Source: Podarcis tiliguerta
Lineage: Eukaryota
NCBI GenBank assembly: GCA_965153285.1
Contig: OZ229114.1
DNA length: 64,000 nt
Direction: 5' to 3' (one strand)
Shown one piece after another: positions 25,449-37,457 of this stretch. Both the position numbers and the translations under genes were made by a program. The notes under the pieces were generated by a model that was not told the DNA's origin, did no database searches, and saw only the letters and a list, made by a program, of their open reading frames with translations. The first letter of the stretch is position 1, and every line of letters starts with the position of its first letter.

Positions 25449-27170
25449 TAATTGGCTTAGATCAGCCTTCCCCAACCTGGTGCCATAAAGATGTTTGGGA
25501 TTGTAGCCTGCAGTCCCAAACACTGGGGGTGGGAGTGTGGCTGGATTAGACTGTGCTGTGTGCAAGACAGATTTCAGGTTGCAAAGAAATGTGTTACATT
25601 GTTTTGAAAATATAGAACTCAACACTAGGGCAGCAGGTATTCTAAATACTTTGATGTGAAAAGAATTGGAAAACTTTATCAGCATCCAATTTCCCGTATT
25701 ACTCATCCCTTTCATCTTGGGATGTTACTTGACTCTTTGTTACAGCTGAACAATCAGGTAACAAGGAGGATGATGGGTACAATGCTTTCTATCTGTGGGT
25801 CTTAATCGGTACTTTGACTCTTGTTGATTATTCTCTAAACAATTGCCCTCCTTTGTGATTCAGTGTAAAATCTGTTCTGACCTTCAAATGAATCTACTGT
25901 ACGTATATTGTTTGGGGACACGCCATGATTCCTGTTCCTCCTCTTCCAAACATGAACATGTTCTCATCTGGAATGATTGTCTGAAAAGAAATGGTCTTCC
26001 TCCTTTTTTGGTGGAAGCAGACTCCAGGCGCTGCTATTCCCCACCCCCACCACTCTAATACTTCGTATTCATTTTACTGCTACTTTTTGTTATATAAAAA
26101 GCATTCATGAGGTCTGATATTAAATGAGAACATTTATTTGCAGCTTGATCATGTCCACATGTGGCACTGCAATTGCTTGCAAATCAAATCTAGCAGGAGA
26201 CCTAGATGACCTTTGACTAATTTTGTTCTTTCTTTCTTTTTACATAGCCATCAGATTTTCAGGAATGAGATGGAAGTATTTTAAGAAGAGCAACCTTGCA
26301 GAATAGTTAAGGGCTAGCAAGTGGCATGAGGTTATCCATTAAATACGGCAGCCTTAGCCCACTTGTCCGAGAATCCAAAGTCAATTCTCTATTTGACAGC
26401 ATCGGTCAGAGGGCACAGGCATGTATTTCTCTCAATGAATGCAAATAGTTTCCATTAAGAAAACAGGAGTTCAAGTTCGTAGAATGTTTAATTGATAATA
26501 AAGGGTATTTATATGTGAAAATCATGTTAGATTCTGCACTAGCACAAAGCATGTTGTATCATTGATTCCAGAGCAAATTTAATGGGCTAAATCTAATGAG
26601 CAGCGTTTTTCAGAGCATCAGTTTTAATAGCACATCTACTTTGCTCTTAAGCAATCTCTCTAGCACTTTTGACCACCTCCACTGCATTGAAATTAATGAT
26701 CATGCAATAATACAACTAGCTCCACAAAACTGCATTAGCTAACCTGCACCCACAGTGTATCTTCAGCTGTGGATCACAGAAACACTCTCAACCCAACTAA
26801 CCTTGATTCAAATGTGGGAGAAAAGTTATGTTTTGCTGGAAAAGCAGCAGTGAACTTTTGACTCCTAAGGAACTTTGCTAAAATATAAGAAACGAAGAAG
26901 AGACTCAGTATTTGAGCTCCCCCCCCCCCAATTTTGGGTTAACTTAAATCAGTTTAATTCAGTTAATTAATTGCATTAACTACTAACTCTGGTAACCAGT
27001 ACCACAAACAGCACAAAAGAGCATAGAATGGTGGTGTTGAGATTTAAGTGCACTGGGTGACTATTCATCAATTCATTTCCTTCAGGATCCTACATGAGAT
27101 GTCAAAATGATAAGTTGTGAGGCATAGGATTTTGTTGCTTCAGTGCCTCACCCATGTCCAGTGGTGTCTC

Positions 27171-27413
27171 AGAAGAAGAAGAGGAGGAGGAGTTTGGATT
27201 TGATATCCCACTTTATCACTACCCTAAGGAGTCTCAAAGCGGCTAACTATCTCCTTTCCCTTCCTCCCCCACAACAAACACTCTGTGAGGCTGAGAGACT
27301 TCAGAGAAGTGTGACTAGCCCAAGGTCACCCAGCAGCTGCATATGGAGGAGCGGGGACGCGAACCCGGTTCACAAGATTATGAGTCTACCACTCTTAACC
27401 ACTACACCACAGT
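27171..27413 (-). mobile_element. tRNA-derived squamate SINE (Squam3-like)
   Basis: Same family as 500-730 and 1428-1721, with a short internal deletion. Confidence 0.88.
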
Positions 27414-27652
27414 GTTAGAAGAGGTCAGATCAGCTGGTCAGCATTCTAAAGGATGCAGGGGGCATGATCTTACCTGTGGACATTGCAAGGCTCTGGAAAT
27501 AGGAGCTGACTGGGTCAGCACTATGCAGGCATGTGGTTGCTTACTGGCCAGAAGTGTTCATTATGGTCACTGATACAAAGATTAATTTCATTTCATTTTC
27601 AACGTGCCACCCTCATCAAATAAGTCATCCCAGAGCATGGTACACCAAATAT

Positions 27653-27951
27653 GAAATTATATTGGAGAACAGCCTTTTTCAAAGGTGTCATGGACTTTGA
27701 AGACGCTAAACTCAGGATGAAAGGTAGAGACATAGTAAGAGGAAGGCACACTTGGCAAACCCTCACCATGATCAACTCCCACCAGGAAACCTATGTCCCC
27801 ACTGTGGAAGGACGTGTTGATCCAGAATTGGCCTCCACAGTTACTTACAGACTCACTTTTGAAATTGTGTTTATGGAAGACAATCTTGCTCAGCTCTAAG
27901 CAAAAGAAGAAGAAGAAGAAGAAGAAGAAGAAGAAGAAGAAGAAGAAGAAG
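27653..27951 (+). mobile_element. RTE-clade LINE (non-Bov-B) 3' end with (GAA)n tail
   Basis: Encodes the remnant C2H2 motif CPHCGRTC*SRIGLHSYLQTH. Long (AAG)n tail. TSD acaccaaatat at 27642-27652 and 27952-27962. Confidence 0.85.
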
Positions 27952-28100
27952 ACACCAAATATAAAGTCAAACCAACAATTCCAATGAAAATATTAAACCA
28001 ATTCCAGACAAAAAATTACTTTAACCACCAATCTACTGTACTTACTATTTTGAACAGCCTTCTCAGAGCAAGTCAAACTAAAGTTCAATAATCTGAGACA

Positions 28101-28238
28101 CTGTGCTATTTTTCTAGAAAAAGAGGTGCCAGAATTCACCATGAAACACCTCCCTTGTTCTCTTATAATGGCAATGGTGCTCACCTGAAAGGTGCTGGAA
28201 CTAAGTTCCAGTGAGTTTCTGGCTGAAAAAAAGCCCTG
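28101..28238. mobile_element. 138-bp hAT MITE
   Basis: ctgtgctattttt ... aaaaaaagccctg. Perfect TSD ctgagaca. A similar left end occurs at ~58516. Confidence 0.85.
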
Positions 28239-29058
28239 CTGAGACAGGATTTTTCAAACTGGAAATCCTGTGTTTTCTAAGGCCCTATCCAAAGAGAATG
28301 CTCTGTTTCTCTTGAGCACATAGTGCTTGACTGTCTTCATATTGGTCCCAGAAATACATTGTCTAACTAATAAGATGTGCTTAACACTTCTGATGGCAAA
28401 CAAACATGCAGCTTAAACTGCCAAATTTTGACTGGCATCTTAATGAAACAGAGAACCCCAAAGCAATAATATTCATCTCCAGAACGGCTTTAACCATGAA
28501 GCAAGTTGGGCTCAGTTGCTCACCTGATCTGCTTAGCTCCTGACATAAGATGCAATGGGTTTTTCCCATCTCTCAACCAACTCATGTTTACTTAGATAAG
28601 AAGCTAATGATGAATATAAATCTCTCCCTGCAGGTAACACTTCACAGAAAATTAGGATTTAGTCCAACATTTTAATGAGAAGACCTGTTACAATTAGGAA
28701 GCAGCAATTTGGAAGGACCAATTAGAACAGATTCTCTTCACTGAAATGAAGGGGGCATGTGATGACTGTGTATTACTTCTGTATGGGAGTGTAAAATTTG
28801 TACTGGAGAGACTGCATGTGGGCCTAACTCAACTGGCACAAGAAGAGCAGTCCCAAGTCTCAGTACATGAGCTGCATTGTTCAGATTGGGGGGGGGAGGT
28901 TGTTTTTTTTAAGCTTGCTGTTCTGTGGCATTTAAAATGGTAGCCACAGAAAATTTAGAATTCATTTCATGTAACAAAATTAATATACCATTTAATTGTA
29001 AAGAAAAGCCCAGAGGGACTCAGAATTTGTTATTATGTTATAAGGAGCTTTTACTATA

Positions 29059-29295
29059 CAGTGGTACCTCAGGTTACATGAGCTTCAGGTTACATATGCT
29101 TCAGGTTACAGACTCCACTAACCCAGAAATAGTACCTCGGGTTAAGAACTTTGCTTCAGGATGAGAACAGAAATCGTGCTCCGGCGGCGCAGCAGTAGCA
29201 GGAGGCCCCATTAGCTAAAGTGGTGCTTCAGGAACAGTTTCAGGTTAAGAACGGACCTCCGAAATGAATTAAGTACTTAACCCAAGGTACCACTG
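29059..29295 (-). mobile_element. Tc1/mariner (Tigger/pogo-type) MITE
   Basis: Reverse orientation of the 10457 family. TA TSD. Confidence 0.93.
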
Positions 29296-29439
29296 TATCC
29301 TGTTGAAAACAGCAACATCCTGCCGTGAAGTCACACTAGATTTTGAATTGGATGACACAGGTAGACTATGGAGGGATCCAGAGCACTGACTGTTTCATCT
29401 GTTCTGGATCAGGTTTCAACTATTGCAGATTCAGGATGT

Positions 29440-29890
29440 GGGTCACCAACCCTCTTAACACTTGCCTATCTTGGCTTATTTAATAAAGCGTCATTTGGGA
29501 GGTGGGTGCTATCTAGCTTAACACAGGGAGTAACTTCTCTTTAAGGGGGCCTCCTTGCACACCAAAAAGTAAGTACAACAGCTATTGCCCAGCAGTGAGT
29601 ATCCTCTTTGGGAGCAAGGGGCTCAAGAGGATGTTAGCAGCCCAGGAATAATTGGAGGAAACTGATTATTTGGACTCATTTCATTCCAGTTTCGGGCCCA
29701 GTCATAGCACTGAAACTGCCTGGTTGATGACATTTGTCAGGAGAGGTTGGGGAAGAGTGACCCCCCCCTTGATCTCTTTTTGGCTTTTGATACTGTTGAC
29801 TATGGTATCGTCCTCAAATGGCTGCAGGGAGTGGGGTTTGCCCACTGGTTTTGCTCTTACCTAACGGCTATTTCCAGAAAGTAGCCAATA
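29440..29890 (+). mobile_element. Decayed L2 LINE reverse-transcriptase fragment
   Basis: Translates to LEETDYLDSFHSSFGPSHSTETA (L2 RT 'LDPFQSGFRP.HSTETAL' motif), followed by an 'AFDTVD'-like segment. Confidence 0.75.
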
Positions 29891-31379
29891 GCTGTTGAGC
29901 AGAGGAGACAATTTTGCAGAATTCACCTTAACTGTGTCTTGTTTGGTTCAAAAAAATTGAAAAAAAGAAGTCATCTAAGGCCTTGAACTATAAAGCCATG
30001 GACAAGTGTCCTTGGAACATTTCAGCATTATCACTTATCTTCTGTGAAAAATAGGGCCAGAAAGTTGGAGATAGAAAGAAGAAAAATATAGCCAACTGTC
30101 TTTCTTTCTCCCCTCCATCTTTCCTTTCTGAATTGATAGATGTGAACAAAGGAGCAAGCCCCTTTTCACTTTTCACAGCTCTATCAGCTTACCTGGTATA
30201 GATTAGTTCTACAACAGGATGGAAACATTTGGACCAGTACATCATTATTGGCAGCTCTGAGATAATTGCATAAATGCACACAGTAGCTGACAGCAATAAA
30301 TGAGTGTGGTGGATGTTATTATGAACTATGCAGAGGAATCAAAAACATTTCTAGCTGTGGCTCACCTTCAGCTCCTTTCAGCATCAGAACTCTATAAGAG
30401 CTCTGCATGCCAACTTCAGATATTAAAAAACTAATTCCATTCCTGACCTCCTGATTTATGAGCACTGTTTTAATGAGAAAGATTGTCTTGTAGATCAGGG
30501 CTCAAACAGGTTAAATCTCTGCCTTCTGGAAAGAACTCGTGCAGATTTTCTTCTGCATTTCATCTTCACTTGTAAATTGGTAGTAACAAGATAGCTCACT
30601 GCAGATTCACAGAACTTTATAGTCACCAATACTATATTGAGCAAAAAGCCTGAAATGTTACATTCTCTGGTCATTTGTGCCACATCTTTGATCCTTCATG
30701 CATCTCACTTTTCTTGATGTACCAACTATGTTTATAGGATGTTTCCCTCCCCTTGGAAAATTTGTATTGACCCCCTACCTACCTCCATTATAAATGCACC
30801 TTCAGTGATCATGTAAAGAGAAAAATGTTAATAACTTGGTATGTGGTACTGGGCAAACAAGCCCTGGCTAGCTTGCTCCTGGAGTGAAATGATCACATCA
30901 CCCTTGCTTGAGTGAATTGGGAAATTATACAAAGTGCATAAACACTGAAATCACCCATCCACAGACCTAACTGAATTACAAGCCCAAACTTGAAAGTACC
31001 TTCTTCATCAGATGCGACCAGACTTTTAGCCCCATGTGGTCAGATATCTCACATCTGCATTTCTTATTCTCTCTTGACATATTCTCCCCATAAACATTCT
31101 TTAAAACAATATGACTTAGCTACAGAAGCAGCAGGATATTTTCAAGAAAGGTTCTTTTTTTTTACCCATGAAGTAATTGTGTGTGTGATGAGATATTACA
31201 GAGAGTCAGGGAAATGCAGAGAGGCAAGCAAGACAGTTTTAATAAAATAAAATCTATTGTTCAACAAAAAGTATTAATTTTGGGGGGGAGAGAGAAGTGA
31301 TTAGCCATTCATCACCATACTAGCCCTAATTTGTCATTACCTGACTGGAATCACTTTCCAAAAAGAGGGAACTCCAGGG

Positions 31380-31515
31380 CAGGACAGTCCAAAGTGTGGC
31401 CCAAAGGCCACATGCAACCCTTAAGGCCTTTTTGGAAGCCCAAGGCAGTGTTCCCACAGGTTCCATGTCAAAGTACTCTTGTGGCCCACTTGGTATGAAA
31501 AGCGGAGCCACCCTG
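31380..31515. mobile_element. 136-bp hAT-Charlie-type MITE (different family)
   Basis: caggacagtccaaagtgtggccc...ccaccctg. Perfect TSD ctccaggg. Confidence 0.8.
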
Positions 31516-33254
31516 CTCCAGGGCTTTGTTTGTTTTTAAAGAGCACCAAAAGTGGGCACTGAACAGCCTGGCAAGATGAAAGAGGAATTTGCTCAATATG
31601 ATCTTGAGATGTGGGATGAAGTGAAGAGGCATCCAGGGAATTAAAAAAAACAAAACCCCAACAACACCCAAATATGTATTTTTTCTACAAGAATTGTTAA
31701 GTATATATTGTGACATTTTAAATTTCACTTGACATGTGAGCAAAAAAGATTGTGTTTGACCTTCTCTTTATAGCTTTTCCTTCCATATTCTATTTCCCCC
31801 ATGATTTGCATATATTATCATATTTTTCCTTTTTCATGCTTTTCTTTGCATTCTCAAATTTTCAGTCCTTTGTTTCTTCCCCTTCCTGAACTAGTATGTA
31901 TCCTGAACTAGTATGTATGTATGTACATGATACCTTTTCCTTCATTTTGACTCCTCAAAGAAATATGATTTTGCATTTGAAAGCCTACCTTGCTTAAATC
32001 CGGCACTTTAAGTAAAAGTTTATTGTCTTGTTTACAGATGTGGTTTGACTAGCTGTGATGAGATGTAATGGTTTGTCTTGAATGCCTTTCTATCTACTTT
32101 TACACATAAACAGAAACATTATATTTTTTAAGCTCATGTTGACCAAACCCCCATTTTTATGCGTTTTAAAGAGACAAAATTAAGGAGCTGTGTTACTATA
32201 TTCAAATAGCTATGGAAGCCAGTGGACAATAAAATATTGGTGTAAGGCTCAGTAAAGACGAGGATGGAGATTGGGTATTTTGGGCATGGAATCCATATGC
32301 ATGAAATTACTCAAGCATCCCTAAGTGCCTCCTCAAATGCTGACAAACATTAATACTATTTTGGGATCTGTTGATCCTTATAAAGTATTTCCTAATAAAG
32401 GGATTTCCCTAATATGGATTTTGAAGTTTTCTTATGAGCCAAAATAGCTGCATTTACTTTTTTGAGTGGCACAGAAAATACTGGATCCTGTAATTCTGCA
32501 GTGGGAACCTAAACTGAAGGAAAAGGTTTTCATGCCACCTGAAGATGAGGCTTTATTATCTGAGGGAACATCCTGCTGAGTAGCTAGTTAAAGCTATCCA
32601 GTTTGGTTTCCATTGACTTTTTGCCCAGCACACAACTTTCAACTGATTTCTAACTTTGCTTATATAACGACTGACTAGTTTCTCTTGATTCCTGTTTTCT
32701 ACCTACAAAGGAGGCTGTGTGTTTCACCCAAGGATGGAGACAGACCTGATTAACAGTCAGGTCTTGTGTTTTCACAGAAGGTTACAAGTCACTGTAATGT
32801 TTCTTGTCCCCAGCAGGCCTTGAGGCAACCTGATAGCTACACAGCTATCAACTCATTCAATTTCTGCTTGTGCAACAAAACTTTACCCCTTTTCCTTCAC
32901 CTGCATGCAACCTGCACCCTTCCCAAATCTTCTACAGAGGCTTGGGGGAACACCTAGAACAGATTTAGGGAGCATGCAGGGAGAGTGCAGACCGCTGCAC
33001 AAGCAGTAATGCTTGCACTGAAAGAATTTTTATTTAACAGTACCTTTGACACAACCCCAAGCAATTCCCAAGAGCTGTTGCTATGATGAGAATATATTTA
33101 TGAGCAAGCAGGATGGTCATTTATGAATTACCCCCCAGAAAGGGAAAATGCATATTTTTATTTATAAGTAGAGATGCAAATTCAGAAATTATTACTACCA
33201 TATAATTTAAATAGAAATACAATTTGTCTCACCATGGTGAGGAAGACTGTAGCT

Positions 33255-33390
33255 GAGGCTTCCTCAACCTCAGCCCTCCAGATGTTTTTGGCCTACAACT
33301 CCCATGATCCATAGCTAGCAGGACCAGTGGTCAGGGATACCGGGAATTGTAGTCTCAAAACATCTGGAGGGCCGAGGTTGAGGAAGCCTG
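33255..33390. mobile_element. 136-bp palindromic hAT MITE
   Basis: Arms (g)aggcttcctcaacct / aggttgaggaagcctg. Perfect TSD ctgtagct. Confidence 0.93.
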
Positions 33391-33777
33391 CTGTAGCTGA
33401 TCACCTGTGTCAGTCTGCTGTCTAGGTGCTAACTCTTGATGGGAAGCTTTGAGGGCCTTGCTCTTCTCCCTTCTTTTGGCTTTAGTTCTTTATTATGAGC
33501 TTAGGAAGGGCAGGCCTTCAAACAGAGGACATCTTCAAACACAGGACTATCCTCTGACAGCCCTTCAGAAAGATGCTTGCCTTTGTAAAGTAGGATACAT
33601 GGTCACCTTACGCACAACCCATGCAATCTGAGATGTGTAAGATGTAGCTGTATAAAAGAGAAAGAATGTGACTATGGCATAGAGGTAGAATCCATCAGCT
33701 TCAAGAAGTGGAGAGCAGCAAATATTTGAGAGATACAGAGGAAGTGATGCATTGTTGGTTAAGTTGATGCTGTAGGA

Positions 33778-33913
33778 CAATGATGGCCAAACTTGGCCCT
33801 CCAGCTGTTTTGGGACTACAACTCTTATCATCCCTAGCTAAGAGGACCAATGGTCAGGGATGATGGGAATTGTAGTCCCAAAACAGCTGGAGGGCCAAGT
33901 TTGGCCATCACTG
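33778..33913. mobile_element. 136-bp palindromic hAT MITE
   Basis: Arms caatgatggccaaact / agtttggccatcactg. Perfect TSD ctgtagga. Confidence 0.93.
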
Positions 33914-34577
33914 CTGTAGGAGCATGAGTGGGTAAGGTGGAAAAATATTGGGGAGAGGGTACTAATAACACTTGGGGTGCAACTGTGCCATGCATGCATC
34001 CTAATGGCACAACGTCTTCCTCAACCCTTCCAAGGTTGCTCTGGTAAGATCCAAACCAAGAAGATGTAATAAACTTCAGCAGAATTTTTCTTCTGTGTTG
34101 CCTAGAAAAAACAATTGGATGCTGTCACTGCTGCATCTCTGTATGTAACAAAAAACAACAACAAACCACCCCAACAACCTCCAAGCAATGTATGAGTGAA
34201 GGTGGAAGCTTCCCTAGAGAATGTGCTGTTGGCAAGGAAATGTACAACACGGGATCTGAAGGTAATTACAGATGCCCTTATTATGCTGACGCTTCGCTGT
34301 GAATAGTAATGAGCGTATGGGCCAAGAGATAGTGGCTGTCTCTCCAGAAAAAATATAGAGATAGCAGAGAATCCACTCATTTTAAACGCATAGCAATTAT
34401 TTAAAGAACTTCAGACTTAAAGGACATACCTAGCAGTAAGTTTGACTTTCAGCTTTGCCATACTTATAAAGCCACAAACAGATCACTGTTTTCATTGGAA
34501 TGTATCCAAAAGAATCCTATTTTCATTCAGGAGATGTCATCCGCTCACAAAAGTTCTCCATGCAGGAGAAAAGTAAG

Positions 34578-34693
34578 GGTTTCCCCAGCCACTCTGAGGG
34601 GCTCCCAACAGAATTAAAAGCACAATAAAACATCAGATATTACAAACCTCCGTAAACAGGGCTACCTTCAGGTGTCTTCTAAAAGTCAGATAT
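34578..34693 (-). mobile_element. L2-type LINE 3' fragment
   Basis: Reverse complement of the 13945-14098 family. Confidence 0.7.
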
Positions 34694-35265
34694 TCTTCCA
34701 TTTGCACAAAGAATTTGCATAGCCCTTTGCACAACTGGAAGCACGAGGCCTTCTATAAAGCCTATCTAGCAGGTTTGGGTACCAGTAGCTATGTGAACTC
34801 TTGCTCAAATTATCCCACAACATGTTTGAGAAAGTGTACTACTAGGCATTTGCTCATGGTCTTGGATACCACTTGACTGTCCTTATGCTTGAAGTAACTT
34901 AGTTTCTATAAAAATCCATAGAAACTGTATTTCCATGTATAGACTTACTGTCTAAAGTTCTCTTTACTATTTTTTTTATAAAAGATTTGCCCCTTGGATG
35001 TTACCACTTTGAACAAATGCCCCACAAAGTCTCCTTCTTCTATCCACCGGTTTTCTTCATAAAGCCAATGAGCTGTCTTCCAATGGGTCTTCCCTATGCC
35101 TTCTAACCCCATCCCTGACATTACATTACATGCCAGTCCATCTCCATCCATGAAACATCCACACATTCAGCATTGGCATCTGCAAAGGAATAGCAATGAA
35201 GAGAGGCCAAAGCACCACAGGTCAAAATACATGCCAAAGCCCCTTGAAGAGAGAGAGCCTGTATG

Positions 35266-35750
35266 CAAGTGCTTATACACTAACACTAGATTGGGTAAAT
35301 TGGAGTGCTTGTCTTAGAAGAAAGCAGTGATACAGTGGGCATAACAGAAAACTAGTAAAACAGAGAGAATCAATGGGACTTGGTGATCTCCAGATATAAA
35401 CTAATAGGAAAGACAGAGAAGGATGTAACGGAGGTGGTGTTGCTAGGTATATCAAAGAAAGCTCCGAGTCCAACAATCTAGAAACCCCCAAAGGGGCAGA
35501 ATTGCTGTAGGTTGTAATATTGGGCCCTAAGAGTCATTTTGAACTGGAGGTGAGCTATCACTCTCAGACAAAAGAGGAAATGTTGTAGTATTGGATGACT
35601 TCCACAATCATGACACAGGCAGACTACATATGTGTTCCATTCACAACAAAGAGGTAATTTTTTTTTGATACCTTAAATGACTGCGCCCAATCAGAAGAAC
35701 CAGAGGGAAGGTAACGCTGGACATATTTCTGAGTGGTGCCAAGGATCTGG
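35266..35750 (+). mobile_element. Decayed CR1 LINE ORF2 endonuclease region
   Basis: Across frameshifts reads KCLYTN.R..GKLECL, VGITE, YKL.RKDREG..GGGVA.YIKE, typical of the CR1 APE N-terminus. Confidence 0.8.
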
Positions 35751-35979
35751 TGCAAGATGTAAGTGTAGTCAAGCCAGTTTGGGAGCATTGACCATAGTGC
35801 TATTAAATTTAATATACATACATTATATAATCTCTCTGTATAAATATACGGAAAACAATGATTTCTCTCTAAGACTGTTTCATAAAATCCTATAATTCAT
35901 ATTCTATATTGTTAAGGGTATTGGGTGGTTGCTTGAGAGCAATCAGGCAATATGCCTCACTAGTCTGTTCTAAAGCTTT

Positions 35980-36360
35980 CTTATTGGTGCTAAAAACCCT
36001 TTAGAATGCAGAGCGCCTCTATTTCATGTCTTGCTCATTCACTGGCAGAATCTGAGAGTGGGCGGTCCTTAAATCTTCCCCAGCAGAGTAGTGTCTTGAC
36101 CCCCAGACTGCGCCTCCCCTTTCTGCGCGAAAGCCTACTGCGCAAGGAAGGCTTGGGTAACGGGGGACCTCCCTCCTCCCCGCTTTGCTCAGGCAAGATG
36201 TCCTGGCACTGCCTTGCATCCTCTGAGCCCTGCATCTCCTCCCCACTAGAGGCGTGGCTTCCTTCCTCCGCTGAGGAAGTGCTGCTTCCCACGATCTTTG
36301 GGGGCTCTCTGTAATCCATCCGCCTTTTCCCTTCTCACCCCTGAGCCGATGGCAGTTCCC
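35980..36360. promoter_or_regulatory. Small GC/CpG-enriched promoter-like island
   Basis: Reverse CCAAT (~35983), GC box gtgggcggt (~36058), E2F-type gcgcgaaa (36125-36132), gaggcgtggc and ETS gaggaagtg (~36273). No TE hallmarks seen. Confidence 0.4.
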
Positions 36361-37195
36361 TGACATATATTAAAGACTAACAGTTTCTGCGGAGCACCAG
36401 AGTGGAATTTGGAAATATTCTATTCGTGGTTTTATCTGTTATTCTGTGGTGAACTAGCACAGCTGACCTATGCTACAAAGGGAATTGACTTGACGACCTC
36501 AGTAAAAGTAGTTGATTCATTATGTTCAGCGTTCATATGGTAATTTTTTGCTGATGGTAGTGAGGGGAGATTTTCTCCCAGAATGGAATTTGAAGGAAGA
36601 GCTTCTGTAGCTCGATAAACCAGAGCTGCTTTGAATATCTATAACACGTTCACTTATTATTGTTTTTCTTGCTGCCTTCCCAACAACTAAGGGACATTTA
36701 AAAATTCATGTTGAATATGCAACAGATAACTTGTTCATCATCTGCACAGTCTAAAAGATTTTTTTTTTAAAAAAATAAAATAAAGAACAATGCAAACTTC
36801 TTGCTGAAGTTTCTAGCTGGCGCAGCAACTGGGTCTGTATCAGACCAGGTGCTATCACACTATTGTAGCCAGGCCAGCTCAGCCTCACCCCCTCCCTGAC
36901 CCAGAGAGCCCTGTTTCTGCCAGTTTCCACCAGCAGGGATCCCAACTGCACATCCATCCATCCATCCATCCACCCATATTTGTCAGCTGAAAGGGAGAGT
37001 GTTGTGCCAGCAGAGTGACAATGGTCTCATTCCAATGGGAAGCTAACAAAAACTGGTAGAGCGACACCTCTGGTGGGTCCAAATTCCTCCAAGCCCAGAA
37101 CAAAGGGGATTTTGACTCCTTTACCAATCTTAGAAAAGGTATCCATTTCTCATTTATTATTTCCACCATTTCTATACCACTTAATATATAAAAAA

Positions 37196-37457
37196 TAGGG
37201 TTGCCATATTCCCAAAAGTGAAAATCCAGACAGAGTTGTTGAGTTTTTTTGGGGGGGGGGGTGTCAAAGATGGGTCAACATTCATTTTGGGGCTTTTCTT
37301 AGATTTTTAAAGATTTTTTAAAAATAAAAATAGACCAACTTGCCATATGTCAGGGTTTTCCAAGACATTTTGCTGATTCAGCAAAATCCCGTCTGGACGC
37401 CATTTTCTGAACAATTCTTGGACGTGTCTGGGGAAACCCAGACGTATGGCAGCCCTA
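37196..37457. mobile_element. Non-autonomous hAT-like element (TAGGGTTGCCA TIR)
   Basis: tagggttgccata ... tatggcagcccta. Related to 18-499 in the opposite orientation. Confidence 0.75.

Noticed and set aside
27793-27987. Poly-lysine ORF (also poly-Arg at 1460)
   Set aside because: Translation of retroelement (GAA)n/(GAG)n tails.
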